Shown: positions 43,550-52,104 of the stretch, piece after piece
How the letters are laid out: each line of letters opens with the position of its first letter
Numbering within the stretch: position 1 is the stretch's first letter
Virus record (IMG/VR): IMGVR_UViG_3300045141_000294
From: a virus
Direction: 5' to 3' (one strand)
DNA: 64,000 nt
Made by a program: the position numbers and the translations under genes
Notes under the pieces: model-generated
Databases searched by the model: none
What the model saw: the letters and a program-made list of their open reading frames with translations, nothing else
Told to the model about the DNA's origin: nothing

Positions 43550-44512
43550 GTTTTCACCTGATCCAATCAGTTTCTCGGGGCGCATCGTGCTCGGCGCAGT
43601 CATCTGTGTCATCAGTTCGGTTTTCGCTGCTCGGACGAGGTCTGGTGTGACCTCCTCCTCGCTGTTGAGGAACACCACCGGCTCACCGCCCACCTGGGCG
43701 ATAGCGAACCGGTGGGGCTGCTTCCCCATGAGTCCTACCACCAAGGTCGGACACATTCCGGAGAGTTCGGTGATGAGCATCGACTGCCACTTCGACAGCC
43801 TGGTGATGTCCCACCGAGTGGTTCTCCAGAGGTAGAAGGCATACTGCCAGATGCCACCGACAGAATCCTCGTACCTGGACTGATGGTGTCTTTCGGGTTC
43901 GTCCTTGTCAAGGCTTGCTTGGTGATCGTCCTCGGGAACGACCTCCAGCCCCCAGTCGTCGAGCACCTCCTGGGCCATCGTGTACCGGCCCTGAGCGGTG
44001 CGCCGGGACGCCTCTGCCGCTGCCTTCTTCCTGAGTGCCTCCTGGATGTAGATGTCGTCGAGGTACTGCTCGCCCAGCGGCAGGGCGTCATAGACGGCCC
44101 GCACCAGGGGGTCGAGCAGTTGCTTGAGGCAGTACGTCAACCGTCGGTCGTTGGGGCCGCCCACGGCGAAGAACGCCAGCCTGAGGTCCTTCTTGGTGGC
44201 ATCGACGTACGGCCAACCGACCCCGAGGTCGCGGTAGTACCGGTTCGGGTCCCAGGCCCAGCCCCGGCGTACGGCGATCTGACGGCTCGTGGAGCACCGG
44301 ATGGGGCCGGTGCCCACCCGCTCGGGGAACGAGCCCTCACCGGGCCTCTGGGGCTGCTGGTAGAGGCGTGCGGGGATGTCCTCCAGCGGCTCCTCGGGCC
44401 GGGCTCGGGAGGACAGGACGTAGTGGACATCCGCCGTCGAGGTGCCCTGCTTGGTGAACGCCTCGTACTTGCCCAGGATGTCGCTGAGGTCCAGGTCCTC
44501 ACGGAAGCCCAT
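42551..44512 (-). CDS. J-domain-like protein reading in frame into SSB (653 aa)
   Basis: YYRDLGV...ATKKDLR.AF......L.DP..R..YD (about 44074-44242); no stop before the SSB part. Confidence 0.6.
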   Translation of the reverse strand: MGFREDLDLSDILGKYEAFTKQGTSTADVHYVLSSRARPEEPLEDIPARLYQQPQRPGEGSFPERVGTGPIRCSTSRQIAVRRGWAWDPNRYYRDLGVGWPYVDATKKDLRLAFFAVGGPNDRRLTYCLKQLLDPLVRAVYDALPLGEQYLDDIYIQEALRKKAAAEASRRTAQGRYTMAQEVLDDWGLEVVPEDDHQASLDKDEPERHHQSRYEDSVGGIWQYAFYLWRTTRWDITRLSKWQSMLITELSGMCPTLVVGLMGKQPHRFAIAQVGGEPVVFLNSEEEVTPDLVRAAKTELMTQMTAPSTMRPEKLIGSGENMSTTAQPNFRKGGDVGDEAAKSSGGGFARIEFLKIEDGKQEVLRYLTDSPEWIVVDQHASVPTKAKPADVEGNWPTSMPAVCRYDSAFGGAYKDCYVDDNEIKSQFGKVIKATPREWALAVIREEVIGNQAMVDAGEITAEQVGQRLGYRDQTREIAERDAEGKETGKTILEPRIVVVNMAPSNYFTGLNSLFAIYRTVCDRDYVVRRSGTGTSTVYTHIPLDPTPSLHGAYTNNKGEQIPATERWLEKYPPAIAAQHLDLNEMIAHRASDEYYGRFFDPSKSQASSSNGTAPSSAPDVPETPADAVDEDKLAAMRARVRGHAGAATLSDVD

Positions 44513-44641
44513 TCAGTCCTCCTTGCTCTCCTCGTCGAGCGCCTTCTCGTCCTCCTCGTCCCACTGCTGGGCCGAGGCCGTCTTGGGCTGCTCCTGGTCC
44601 TCGGGAAGCACCTGGCCAGTGCCGTGTTTGCGAATGCTCAT
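44513..44641 (-). CDS. 42-aa acidic peptide (MSIRKHGTGQVLPEDQEQPKTASAQQWDEEDEKALDEESKED)
   Basis: Manual translation; RBS gaggtgaggag; coupled at both ends; absent from the ORF track. Confidence 0.65.
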   Translation of the reverse strand: MSIRKHGTGQVLPEDQEQPKTASAQQWDEEDEKALDEESKED

Positions 44642-45792
44642 CTCCTCACCTCCTCACATCCTCCGGTGTGTGCCGGTCGGCAGCATCGGTGACAGACCAG
44701 CATCCTCGGCATCTCCCAGACCACCCAGGGCACCGCCTGCTGCTTGAGGTGCACGACCTCGGGGTAGTCCAGGTCCGCAGGGTCAGCGTGCCAGTCGTTC
44801 TGGACCACCCAGCAGTCGGTCAGCGCCGAGGCCTGCTCCAGCACCCCGACCTTGGTCTGACGGCCCCGCTGGTCGTACAGGCCCTGGTAGGACTGCCAGC
44901 CCGCCCGGTCGTTGTCCAGCCACCAGTACAGCCGCTCGTACCGACCCAGCAGTTTGACCTGCCGGTCGGTGATGTTGGCGCCGAAGGTGGACACGATGTG
45001 CATGCCCTCCTCCGGGTCCTCCCGGTCGTGCCGGAGCACGCTGAACGGAGACTCGACCACCACCGCATCGGGGTATCTGTCGGGGTCGTAGTTGAAGATG
45101 GTCTCGTCACGCGGGAAGTCGGTCGAGGAGTGGTACTTGGGGTAGCCGTCACTGGCCAGGCCCCGGGTCTGCCAGCCGACCAGCCGGTCCTTCCACAGGT
45201 GCGGGATCACCACCCGCTCGGAGGTGGGCTGGTCCTTGCCCATGAAGTACCGCTCGGCGTACCCGACCCTGAACCGCTCCGCGTTGTCCTCCGGCACTCC
45301 CCGGCCTCCGACGTTGCGCCCCTGGTCGTCGAAGACGGGCAGATCGGTCACCCAGGGGTGCAGCAGCATCCAGGGGTCCAGGGTCTTGAGCGCGTAGGTG
45401 GGGATCGGCGACCTGGCGGTCGACCCGGCGTAGAGCGCGTCGAAGTAGCGCAGCAGGGAGCCGAGGTCCTGGACCTGGCCGTCGGTGCCGGTCTCGGCGG
45501 CCAGCCAGGTCCGGGCATCGACGGTGTTGCCGCCCCGGTGCTCGGCGATGAACCACAGCAGCCCACCGGAGCGCTGGCAGCCCAGGCACTTGAACGTCAA
45601 CTTCTCGTAGTTGACCGCCGCCGTGGGGTCACGGTCCTGGTTCTGGTGCGGCCCCAGCACGCAGGGGATGACCAGTTCGTGGCGCCGGGCGTAGTGCACC
45701 TTGACCGACAGGTGGAACTCGGTCAGCAGTTCCCGGACCAGCCGCTCCTTCTCGGCCAGCGGCAGCGTGGCTGGCTCGAAGGTGGTGCTCAC
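44638..45792 (-). CDS. DNA primase (DnaG-like, Zn domain + TOPRIM)
   Basis: C...H...C..C zinc domain, VVVES, LDND; GTG start. Confidence 0.88.
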   Translation of the reverse strand: MSTTFEPATLPLAEKERLVRELLTEFHLSVKVHYARRHELVIPCVLGPHQNQDRDPTAAVNYEKLTFKCLGCQRSGGLLWFIAEHRGGNTVDARTWLAAETGTDGQVQDLGSLLRYFDALYAGSTARSPIPTYALKTLDPWMLLHPWVTDLPVFDDQGRNVGGRGVPEDNAERFRVGYAERYFMGKDQPTSERVVIPHLWKDRLVGWQTRGLASDGYPKYHSSTDFPRDETIFNYDPDRYPDAVVVESPFSVLRHDREDPEEGMHIVSTFGANITDRQVKLLGRYERLYWWLDNDRAGWQSYQGLYDQRGRQTKVGVLEQASALTDCWVVQNDWHADPADLDYPEVVHLKQQAVPWVVWEMPRMLVCHRCCRPAHTGGCEEVRR

Positions 45793-46061
45793 TGGGGAGC
45801 CTTCTTGGTGCGTGGGGCACCCAGGCGCCGGTACTGGGCCTTCACGTCGTAGCCCAGCCACCACTTGTGCACCTCGTCGGCCAGGAACATCGGGCAGCGG
45901 CTCGGACCTCCGCTTTCGGGCCGGATGCAGGCCGCCACCGGCTCCGGGAAGGCGTTGGCCGCCCGGCGCCGGTGCCACATGTAGAACTGGTTGCTGGTGA
46001 CCGCGATCCCCATCCCGGCGAAGTGGGAGACCAGCCCCTTGTAGGTCACTACCTCGTCCAT
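45789..46061 (-). CDS. AlpA/Xis-like winged-HTH protein
   Basis: W.RR....FPEP...F...EV..WW pattern. Confidence 0.55.
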   Translation of the reverse strand: MDEVVTYKGLVSHFAGMGIAVTSNQFYMWHRRRAANAFPEPVAACIRPESGGPSRCPMFLADEVHKWWLGYDVKAQYRRLGAPRTKKAPQ

Positions 46062-47377
46062 CACACGTCTACCTCGGCCTCTCGCACGACGCGGTACCGG
46101 TCCCTGCGGGGACCCCACGCGATGTCCCAGGCCTTCACGTCCTCACGACGGCTGGCCAGCACCTGGAGCAGCGCCGCGTGCTGGCTCCGCATGGCGTAGT
46201 TGCGGTACAGCGAGAACACCCAGGAGGCGGCCCGCTCCACCCCCGCCGACTCTGCCATGTGGTGCATCTCGTGGGCGTTCGGCTTGCGGACCTTGGCCGA
46301 CTCCATCCCGGCCCGGTTGATCTGGTGCAGGACCAGCAGCGGCAGTCGGTCCCGGCCCTGCTTGATCAGGTCGGCGAAGTCGTGGACGTTCTCGTTGAAC
46401 AACTCGTGCCGGGCCTTGCGGGCCGGGTTCGGATGCTCGACGTGGGTCAACTGGTCCACGATCACCGAGTCGGCTCCGCGCATCCGGGCCTCCCGGATCA
46501 GCATCTCCGGGGTCCTGGCGCCCCGGGGCGGGGCGATGATCTGGAGGTCGCCGGTCATGTCGCCCAGTTCCTCGTTGATGAACTTGCGGACCTGCTCGAT
46601 CTGCTCGGGCGGCACCTGGCCGCGCTGGTAGTCGCGAGCGTTGATGTCCAGGTGCAGGCAGGCGATCCGGTCCTGCATCATCTCCACGGTGTTCTCCAGC
46701 GTGAAGAGCACCGTGCGGTGGCTGCGGACCGCCCACTCGTGCAGGGCCACCCGGACCGCGAAGTAGGACTTTCCCACCTTCGGACCTCCGGCCAGCACCG
46801 CCAACTCGCCGGGGTGGATGCCGTAGGTGTGCTCGTCGACCGGCTCCAGCCCGAAGGTCATGCCCCGATGCGCATGGCCCTCCTCGACCCGGCGCTCGTA
46901 GTCGGCCAGGGAGGCCGGGAAGGCGTCCTGGATGCCGACCTGGGCCGAGTGGTCCTGGAGCCGGGCGACCACCTCGAACAGCAGGTTGGCCTGGGTGGTG
47001 AGGGTCTCGGCCTTGGTCATCGGCAGGGCGTTGGCCATCTCGGCTGCCGAGGACTTGATGAACTGCTGGTACTCGCGGTGGGCGTAGTGGTCCTTGAGGG
47101 TGGCCAGCGCCGACTCGATGGTGTCGGTCTCCTGGTCCTCGTCGGGGAGTTCGATCTCCTCGGCCTCCAGCACGTCGCCCCAGACGTAGACCAGCATCTC
47201 CCGGGTCGGGGCCTGCTTCCGGTTGCCCTCGAAGTAGTAGTCCAGCGCCCAGGCCACCACGGGCCGCATCACCTCGGTGGGGATGCACAGGGGGTCGAGC
47301 CCGACGCTGGCCAGGGTCTCCAGGGCGTCGATGTCGGTGAGGCTGGCGAACAGCACGTCCTCGGCGCGAGAGGCCAT
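46061..47377 (-). CDS. dnaB: replicative DNA helicase (DnaB-like)
   Basis: GELAVLAGGPKVGKS, FTLEN, IVDQL, HQINR. Confidence 0.9.
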   Translation of the reverse strand: MASRAEDVLFASLTDIDALETLASVGLDPLCIPTEVMRPVVAWALDYYFEGNRKQAPTREMLVYVWGDVLEAEEIELPDEDQETDTIESALATLKDHYAHREYQQFIKSSAAEMANALPMTKAETLTTQANLLFEVVARLQDHSAQVGIQDAFPASLADYERRVEEGHAHRGMTFGLEPVDEHTYGIHPGELAVLAGGPKVGKSYFAVRVALHEWAVRSHRTVLFTLENTVEMMQDRIACLHLDINARDYQRGQVPPEQIEQVRKFINEELGDMTGDLQIIAPPRGARTPEMLIREARMRGADSVIVDQLTHVEHPNPARKARHELFNENVHDFADLIKQGRDRLPLLVLHQINRAGMESAKVRKPNAHEMHHMAESAGVERAASWVFSLYRNYAMRSQHAALLQVLASRREDVKAWDIAWGPRRDRYRVVREAEVDV

Positions 47378-47378
47378 C

Positions 47379-48233
47379 TCAGGAGCCGAACGTGAAGGGC
47401 CGCACGACGCCCTGCCGGGCCTCGTCGGCGAACCGCTCTTTGGCCCTGCTCCGGAAGTCGGGGCCGGTCACCTCGTGGAAGGTGGACCGCTCCGAGAGCA
47501 GGCTGAGCACCGGCCCGCCGTAGCCGGTCAACAACTGCTCCTGGGTGAAGTTGGTGGTGATGATGGTCGGCTTCTCGTGGCCGGTCCGGTGCCGGATCAC
47601 GTCGTCGAACAAGGCGCTGCGGAAACTCTCCGGGTACTGAATCTGACGGGTCCCCTCGTTGTAGACCCCACCGGTCTTGTACTCCCGGCCTATGTCGTCG
47701 ATCACCAGGATGTCGGCGTTGCGGATGCGCCGGGTGAACCAGAGCAACTCGTCCTGGTCGCGCCAGGTGGCGGTGTAGGAGTCGAGCAACTCGTTGAACT
47801 GGGTGAAGTAGCCGTCGTATCCGGTGGCCAGCAGCCGCTTGAACAGCAGCGCCGAGATCATGGTCTTGCCGGTGCCGGGCTTGCCCCACAGGATCATCCC
47901 GAGCCCGGCCCGCACGTAGTTGTCGATGTGGTCCAGGTAGTCGGTGATGGCCTCCCAGATCGAGGCGGGCACCTGGTCATCCAGGTCGGCCCAGGTGAGC
48001 CGCTGGTAGGCCGTCTTGAGCCCCGAGTAGAGCATGTGCCAGTGCAGCGTCCACTGGTCGTAGCAGTCGCACTCGTGCTTGCCGTCAGGGGCGAGGTACT
48101 CCCCGGTCTTCCGGCAGATCAGGCAGGTCCGCTCGGGGTCGGACCACAGGTCCGGGAAGACCCGGCGCAGCCGATCGGTGTCGGCCTCGTCGAGTGGGCG
48201 AAGGCTGGAGGGTAGGGCAGATGGAACGGCCAT
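47379..48233 (-). CDS. DnaC/IstB-like helicase loader ATPase
   Basis: GKPGTGKT, VIDDIG, TIITTN. Confidence 0.88.
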   Translation of the reverse strand: MAVPSALPSSLRPLDEADTDRLRRVFPDLWSDPERTCLICRKTGEYLAPDGKHECDCYDQWTLHWHMLYSGLKTAYQRLTWADLDDQVPASIWEAITDYLDHIDNYVRAGLGMILWGKPGTGKTMISALLFKRLLATGYDGYFTQFNELLDSYTATWRDQDELLWFTRRIRNADILVIDDIGREYKTGGVYNEGTRQIQYPESFRSALFDDVIRHRTGHEKPTIITTNFTQEQLLTGYGGPVLSLLSERSTFHEVTGPDFRSRAKERFADEARQGVVRPFTFGS

Positions 48234-48275
48234 GGCTGGCTCTCCCGGATGGCTCTCTGGCGTAGCGGCGAAGGA

Positions 48276-48683
48276 CTAGACGTTGACGGCGATGACGGCT
48301 GCGAAGTAGGGGTCGGAGGCCTTGCAATAGCGGGTGATGGTGATCGGGGCGTTGTGCCACATCCCGTCATGGACCTCCATCGAGGCCCTGGCGATGGCGA
48401 CCGCCTTCTCGATCCCCCAGCGGCTGATGAAGGCCTTGAGGATGCCCGCCTCCCTCAAGGAGTCGTGCACCTGGGGTCCGTGGCGCTGCTCGATCTCGCA
48501 CATGAGGTAGTCCCTCAGGTCGGTCCAGTTCCACAGCGCCGGGGCTTTCGCCAGGTACGAGGTGGTCTCGCTGGCCCGGATCACGGTGACCTGTTCGGTC
48601 ACGGTAGGGACGGGCTCCGACACCAGTGTCTGGGTCACGGTCTGGTCCGTAGTCGGGACCAGGATGGTGTCGAAGTCACGCAT
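48276..48683 (-). CDS. hypothetical protein upstream of the loader
   Basis: ORF in the replication operon. Confidence 0.7.
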   Translation of the reverse strand: MRDFDTILVPTTDQTVTQTLVSEPVPTVTEQVTVIRASETTSYLAKAPALWNWTDLRDYLMCEIEQRHGPQVHDSLREAGILKAFISRWGIEKAVAIARASMEVHDGMWHNAPITITRYCKASDPYFAAVIAVNV

Positions 48684-48722
48684 GAGGGCTTCCTCCAGGG
48701 GGTTGCTGAGTGGGTGGGGGGT

Positions 48723-49088
48723 CTAGCGGTTTCTCGTGCAGTAGTCCCAGAAGGCCCCGCCGATGTCGGTCAGGGCCTTCTGGACTTCTTGCGTCTCCTG
48801 GTCGAAGGAGTTCCTCGATGACAGCGAGATCATGTCGGCACTCTTGTGCACCAGGACGATCGCAATCGGGTCTTGCTCGGGTGCTGGCTCGGGGACGACC
48901 GAGGCCACCATCCAGTGGTAGTCGTCCATGCCGACGACGTAGCCGATGACCTCGTGGGCTGGCTGGCTGGAGAGGAAGGCGAAGGTCACCTTGCGGCCTC
49001 GGGCTGCGGCCTCGGAGATCTGCTTGTTCGACATGAAGGCGCCGCGTCGTGCTCCCCGGGACACCTGCTCCTCCGTTGCCGAGCCCAC
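48723..49088 (-). CDS. hypothetical protein
   Basis: GTG 49088 with RBS ggagg (alternative ATG 49034). Confidence 0.6.
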   Translation of the reverse strand: MGSATEEQVSRGARRGAFMSNKQISEAAARGRKVTFAFLSSQPAHEVIGYVVGMDDYHWMVASVVPEPAPEQDPIAIVLVHKSADMISLSSRNSFDQETQEVQKALTDIGGAFWDYCTRNR

Positions 49089-49103
49089 AACCATCCTCCA
49101 GAT

Positions 49104-49149
49104 AAAAAAATCCCCATCCCGACGCTGGACCAGCAGGCACGGGATGGGG
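49104..49149 (-). terminator. intrinsic terminator
   Basis: 10-bp stem ccccatcccg/cgggatgggg followed by a 7-nt U tract on the minus strand. Confidence 0.75.
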
Positions 49150-49300
49150 CGAGAGTATGGTGTTTCGGGCCTCATCCTCGTCTGGCGAACCGAGGATGTA
49201 AAAAACTTGCACTTCGTTTCAAGTGAAACGGTGCTGACCACTGTAGGACCGTGGTGCAGAGGTGGTCAAGCACCCGTTTCACATTCGGTACTACCGCTCC

Positions 49301-49309
49301 TGTGGATAA
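49301..49309. promoter_or_regulatory. perfect DnaA box (TTATCCACA on the minus strand)
   Basis: tgtggataa in an AT-richer intergenic region upstream of the replication genes. Confidence 0.6.
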
Positions 49310-49323
49310 CCACTTGAAGCGGT
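49309..49323. promoter_or_regulatory. palindromic operator-like site ACCRYTT-N-AARCGGT
   Basis: accacttgaagcggt; related copies at 54490-54504 and 58608-58622. Confidence 0.5.
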
Positions 49324-49358
49324 GCAGACGGTCAAGATGCAAAAACCATCGCCATGCG

Positions 49359-49580
49359 TCAGGCGGGTACTGCCTCCGTCTGCTTCTGCGACCGACGGCG
49401 CCGCAGCGAACGCAGGGTCACGTCCTCCGGCACTCGCTTCTGCTGACATGGTGCGCACAGGTCCATGACCCGCTCTCCCGAGGCCACGCTTCCCTCGAAG
49501 CGCTCGATGTACTTCTGCTTCTGGCCGTTGGCGATCACTTCGCCACAGTCGTCGCAGGTGAAACCCCGGAACTGAGCCAT
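49359..49580 (-). CDS. small Zn-ribbon / Lsr2-N-like protein
   Basis: MAQ..FTCDDCG...MDLCAPC; basic C-tail. Confidence 0.55.
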   Translation of the reverse strand: MAQFRGFTCDDCGEVIANGQKQKYIERFEGSVASGERVMDLCAPCQQKRVPEDVTLRSLRRRRSQKQTEAVPA

Positions 49581-50473
49581 CACGAATCCTTCCATAGGTC
49601 ACCGGTGTAGAACCGGTTTCGTACCGAGTCCAGTTGGTAGCGGGTCAAGAATGACACAAGGGAGTCGTACAGTGCGCTGCCAGGTGCAGTAGGAGCGAAC
49701 ATCGGCAGCGCAGGCAGATGGAGTTCTGGCAGTGGGATACGCAGGTCCACCAGTTGCAGGGAGGTCTGCACCTGGTCCCAGTGCTCCCTGACACCGGGGT
49801 GGTCCACAGCCTCCAGCACCCAGTCCGCCTTGGCCAGTGCTTTGACCGCCGTCTTGGTCCCGAACCGAGGCACACCGGGTATCCCGTCGGAGACATCCCC
49901 TGCCAGCGCCATCACCAGGGGCAGGTGCTCCGGCAGGCAGCCGTACTCCTCCTCCACCCGCTGGAGATCCCACCGGTCGGTGGGTCCACCACCCGAGGTG
50001 AACCGGACCTGCTCGACGGCAGGGCCAACCAACTGGAGGAAGTCCTTGTCGCTGGACAGGATCACCGCCGTATCCCAGATGCCCTTCGGCGGCGACTGCC
50101 AGCGGTTGCCCACGTACCAGGCGATCAGGTCGTCGGCCTCGTAGCCCTCCCGCTCCACCTGGTGGATGCCCGCCAGCGCCAGGAACTCCTTGACCAGGGC
50201 GAAGGTGGTCCGCTTGCCCTGGTCGAAGTCCGCCGACACCTGGGGCCGGTTGGCCTTGTAGCCGGGGAACAGGGCCTGCCTGGCCCGGGACGGCCCGGCG
50301 TCCCAGCACGCCACCACCCGGCCCGGCTTCTCCTCCCGGATGTGCTTGCTCAGGGCGTTGATCACCACCAGCAGCGGACCGGTGGGCACCCCATCGGCGG
50401 ACAGCGGGCTCTTGGCCATGGCGTGGATGCCGCGCATGGTCAGGTTGTTCGCGTCCACGAGCAGCACGGTCAT
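49580..50473 (-). CDS. 5'-3' exonuclease / flap endonuclease (PolA N-terminal-like)
   Basis: LLVDANN, YKANR, EADD, SSDKDFLQL, GDVSDGIPGVPRFGTKTA. Confidence 0.92.
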   Translation of the reverse strand: MTVLLVDANNLTMRGIHAMAKSPLSADGVPTGPLLVVINALSKHIREEKPGRVVACWDAGPSRARQALFPGYKANRPQVSADFDQGKRTTFALVKEFLALAGIHQVEREGYEADDLIAWYVGNRWQSPPKGIWDTAVILSSDKDFLQLVGPAVEQVRFTSGGGPTDRWDLQRVEEEYGCLPEHLPLVMALAGDVSDGIPGVPRFGTKTAVKALAKADWVLEAVDHPGVREHWDQVQTSLQLVDLRIPLPELHLPALPMFAPTAPGSALYDSLVSFLTRYQLDSVRNRFYTGDLWKDS

Positions 50474-50859
50474 GGGTGCCTCGGCCACGGCGGCACCGGC
50501 TTCTCGCCCACACCGTTCCAGGACGCCGCCCACTGCTCCGCGACCAGTTTCCTCACCAGGTCGGTGCCGTCGACCAGCACGATGCTGACGATGATCCGGT
50601 TGCTGTACTTGTCCCACTCGCTGCTCTGCACCTTGATGACGGAGCCGACCGGGATCAGCGAGGCCAGGTTGTCCCGGGCCTCCTTGCCACCCGGCATGGC
50701 CAGTTCCCGGGCGTTGCAGCCGTCGAGCCGGAGCCCGATCCCGGCCTGGGACATCCCGAAGTGCCAGGTGCCGACGCCGAGGTCGATGTGTCCGTACAGG
50801 GTGTCGCCGTCATGCACCTCGTTGACGGTGACCCAGAGGTCGTAGAGACGCTTCGCCAT
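50470..50859 (-). CDS. thermonuclease (SNase-like)
   Basis: VHDGDT, LRLDGCNAREL, DKY.R. Confidence 0.8.
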   Translation of the reverse strand: MAKRLYDLWVTVNEVHDGDTLYGHIDLGVGTWHFGMSQAGIGLRLDGCNARELAMPGGKEARDNLASLIPVGSVIKVQSSEWDKYSNRIIVSIVLVDGTDLVRKLVAEQWAASWNGVGEKPVPPWPRHP

Positions 50860-51113
50860 CAGTCCTCGATCTCGACCTTGGCCCGCTCGATGACCGCCTC
50901 CAGGTTCTCGGGGTCGATCACGGTCGGGGTGACCAGCCTGAGGGCCTCGCCGGTGGCCAGGGACACATGACCACCCCAGGACAACTCGAAGCAGTGCAGG
51001 GCATCGTGCTGCCGCTTGTAGCCCTCACTGGCGACCGACAGGGGCTCGCCGTTGTCACCGTCCAAGGTCCAGCGGTGCTCGCCGCTCTTGTCCTCGTAGA
51101 ACCGAACCTTCAT
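50859..51113 (-). CDS. YegP/DUF1508-like protein
   Basis: FYEDKSGEHRW.L...NGE....SEGY. Confidence 0.75.
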   Translation of the reverse strand: MKVRFYEDKSGEHRWTLDGDNGEPLSVASEGYKRQHDALHCFELSWGGHVSLATGEALRLVTPTVIDPENLEAVIERAKVEIED

Positions 51114-51115
51114 CG

Positions 51116-51328
51116 TCAGGGTTCCTTCCTCATCTTGCGTACGACCACCAAGGCCTTCCCCCGAGTGGGGTGCTTCATCAGGACCTTGCGCCGCTTCCCG
51201 GGCGCAGAGCCCTTGGCGTACGGCCCGTAGACCTCGCTGGTCACGAGGTCGACCACGACGTGGGTCAGCGACTGGAGCCTGCGCTCCTCGCCGTAGCGCT
51301 GCTCGTCGAGCATCCGGTCAGCACCCAT
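51116..51328 (-). CDS. hypothetical protein
   Basis: Coupled ORF. Confidence 0.55.
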   Translation of the reverse strand: MGADRMLDEQRYGEERRLQSLTHVVVDLVTSEVYGPYAKGSAPGKRRKVLMKHPTRGKALVVVRKMRKEP

Positions 51329-51795
51329 CAGGTGCCCGGCCCCGGCATCAGGGCCGGTATCTGGCCGGTGGCGTAGGCCGTCTCGATCTGCGGCAGCACC
51401 AGGTCCCCGAGGGTCTGCCCACCGGGCAGCACCATGTGCATCGCGAACTCCTCGTCGAAGGTGACGATCCCGGCCTCGACGGCCTCCAACTTCGCCTTGA
51501 TCACCAGGGCCAGAGCCCGCCAGCGCTGCCGGACGGCCTGCTCGTAGGCGGCTGCGATCTGGCTGTCGTCGCGGCGGTACCCGCGTGCCGGGGTGTGGGT
51601 GAACTCCCGGTCGTTCCGGTTCGGCATGGTCAGGAGGAAGCGGATCTGCCGGTCGTGGATCACGAAGCCGACCATGGCCCGGTCCTTGCGAGATCCGTAG
51701 GCGAATTCGTCAGCACCGTACCGGACCAGGGTGCGCTCGATCTCGGCACGGGACTTCTCCGAGGAGACCGAGGTCTCGCTGGCGTAGGTGGGCAT
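51328..51795 (-). CDS. widely conserved phage hypothetical protein (YA..T.V..EKSR.EIE..RQRWRAL.LVIKAKLEAVE)
   Basis: Recognisable motif pattern. Confidence 0.8.
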   Translation of the reverse strand: MPTYASETSVSSEKSRAEIERTLVRYGADEFAYGSRKDRAMVGFVIHDRQIRFLLTMPNRNDREFTHTPARGYRRDDSQIAAAYEQAVRQRWRALALVIKAKLEAVEAGIVTFDEEFAMHMVLPGGQTLGDLVLPQIETAYATGQIPALMPGPGT

Positions 51796-52103
51796 CAGGG
51801 CTCCACTTCGGCCTTCATGAAGTGGCTGCCGATCACGAACCCCTCGGTCCAGAACAGGGCCTGCGCCATCACCTCGTCCATCCGCTGCTGGAGGTCCATC
51901 GGGTCCTTCACCCGGAGGAAGGCCACCGCCCTGGCGATCGCGGCGTAGGAGACCGACTGCGGGTCTACGGTCTGCGCGAGCAGGGCCACGATGTCGAAGC
52001 CCCCCAACTGCGCCGGGATCTCGACCAGGTTCTGGATCAGGTCCTGGAGCCGCTGGTAGTCGGGATGGTCCGGCTCAGAGAACTGCGGCTGCTCCTCGGC
52101 CAT
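51795..52103 (-). CDS. hypothetical protein
   Basis: Coupled ORF. Confidence 0.6.
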   Translation of the reverse strand: MAEEQPQFSEPDHPDYQRLQDLIQNLVEIPAQLGGFDIVALLAQTVDPQSVSYAAIARAVAFLRVKDPMDLQQRMDEVMAQALFWTEGFVIGSHFMKAEVEP

Positions 52104-52104
52104 C

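Noticed and set aside
29690-47377. Inteins or introns in terL, dnaE, recA or dnaB
   Set aside because: No C/S...HN splice junctions or LAGLIDADG motifs, and lengths are otherwise normal
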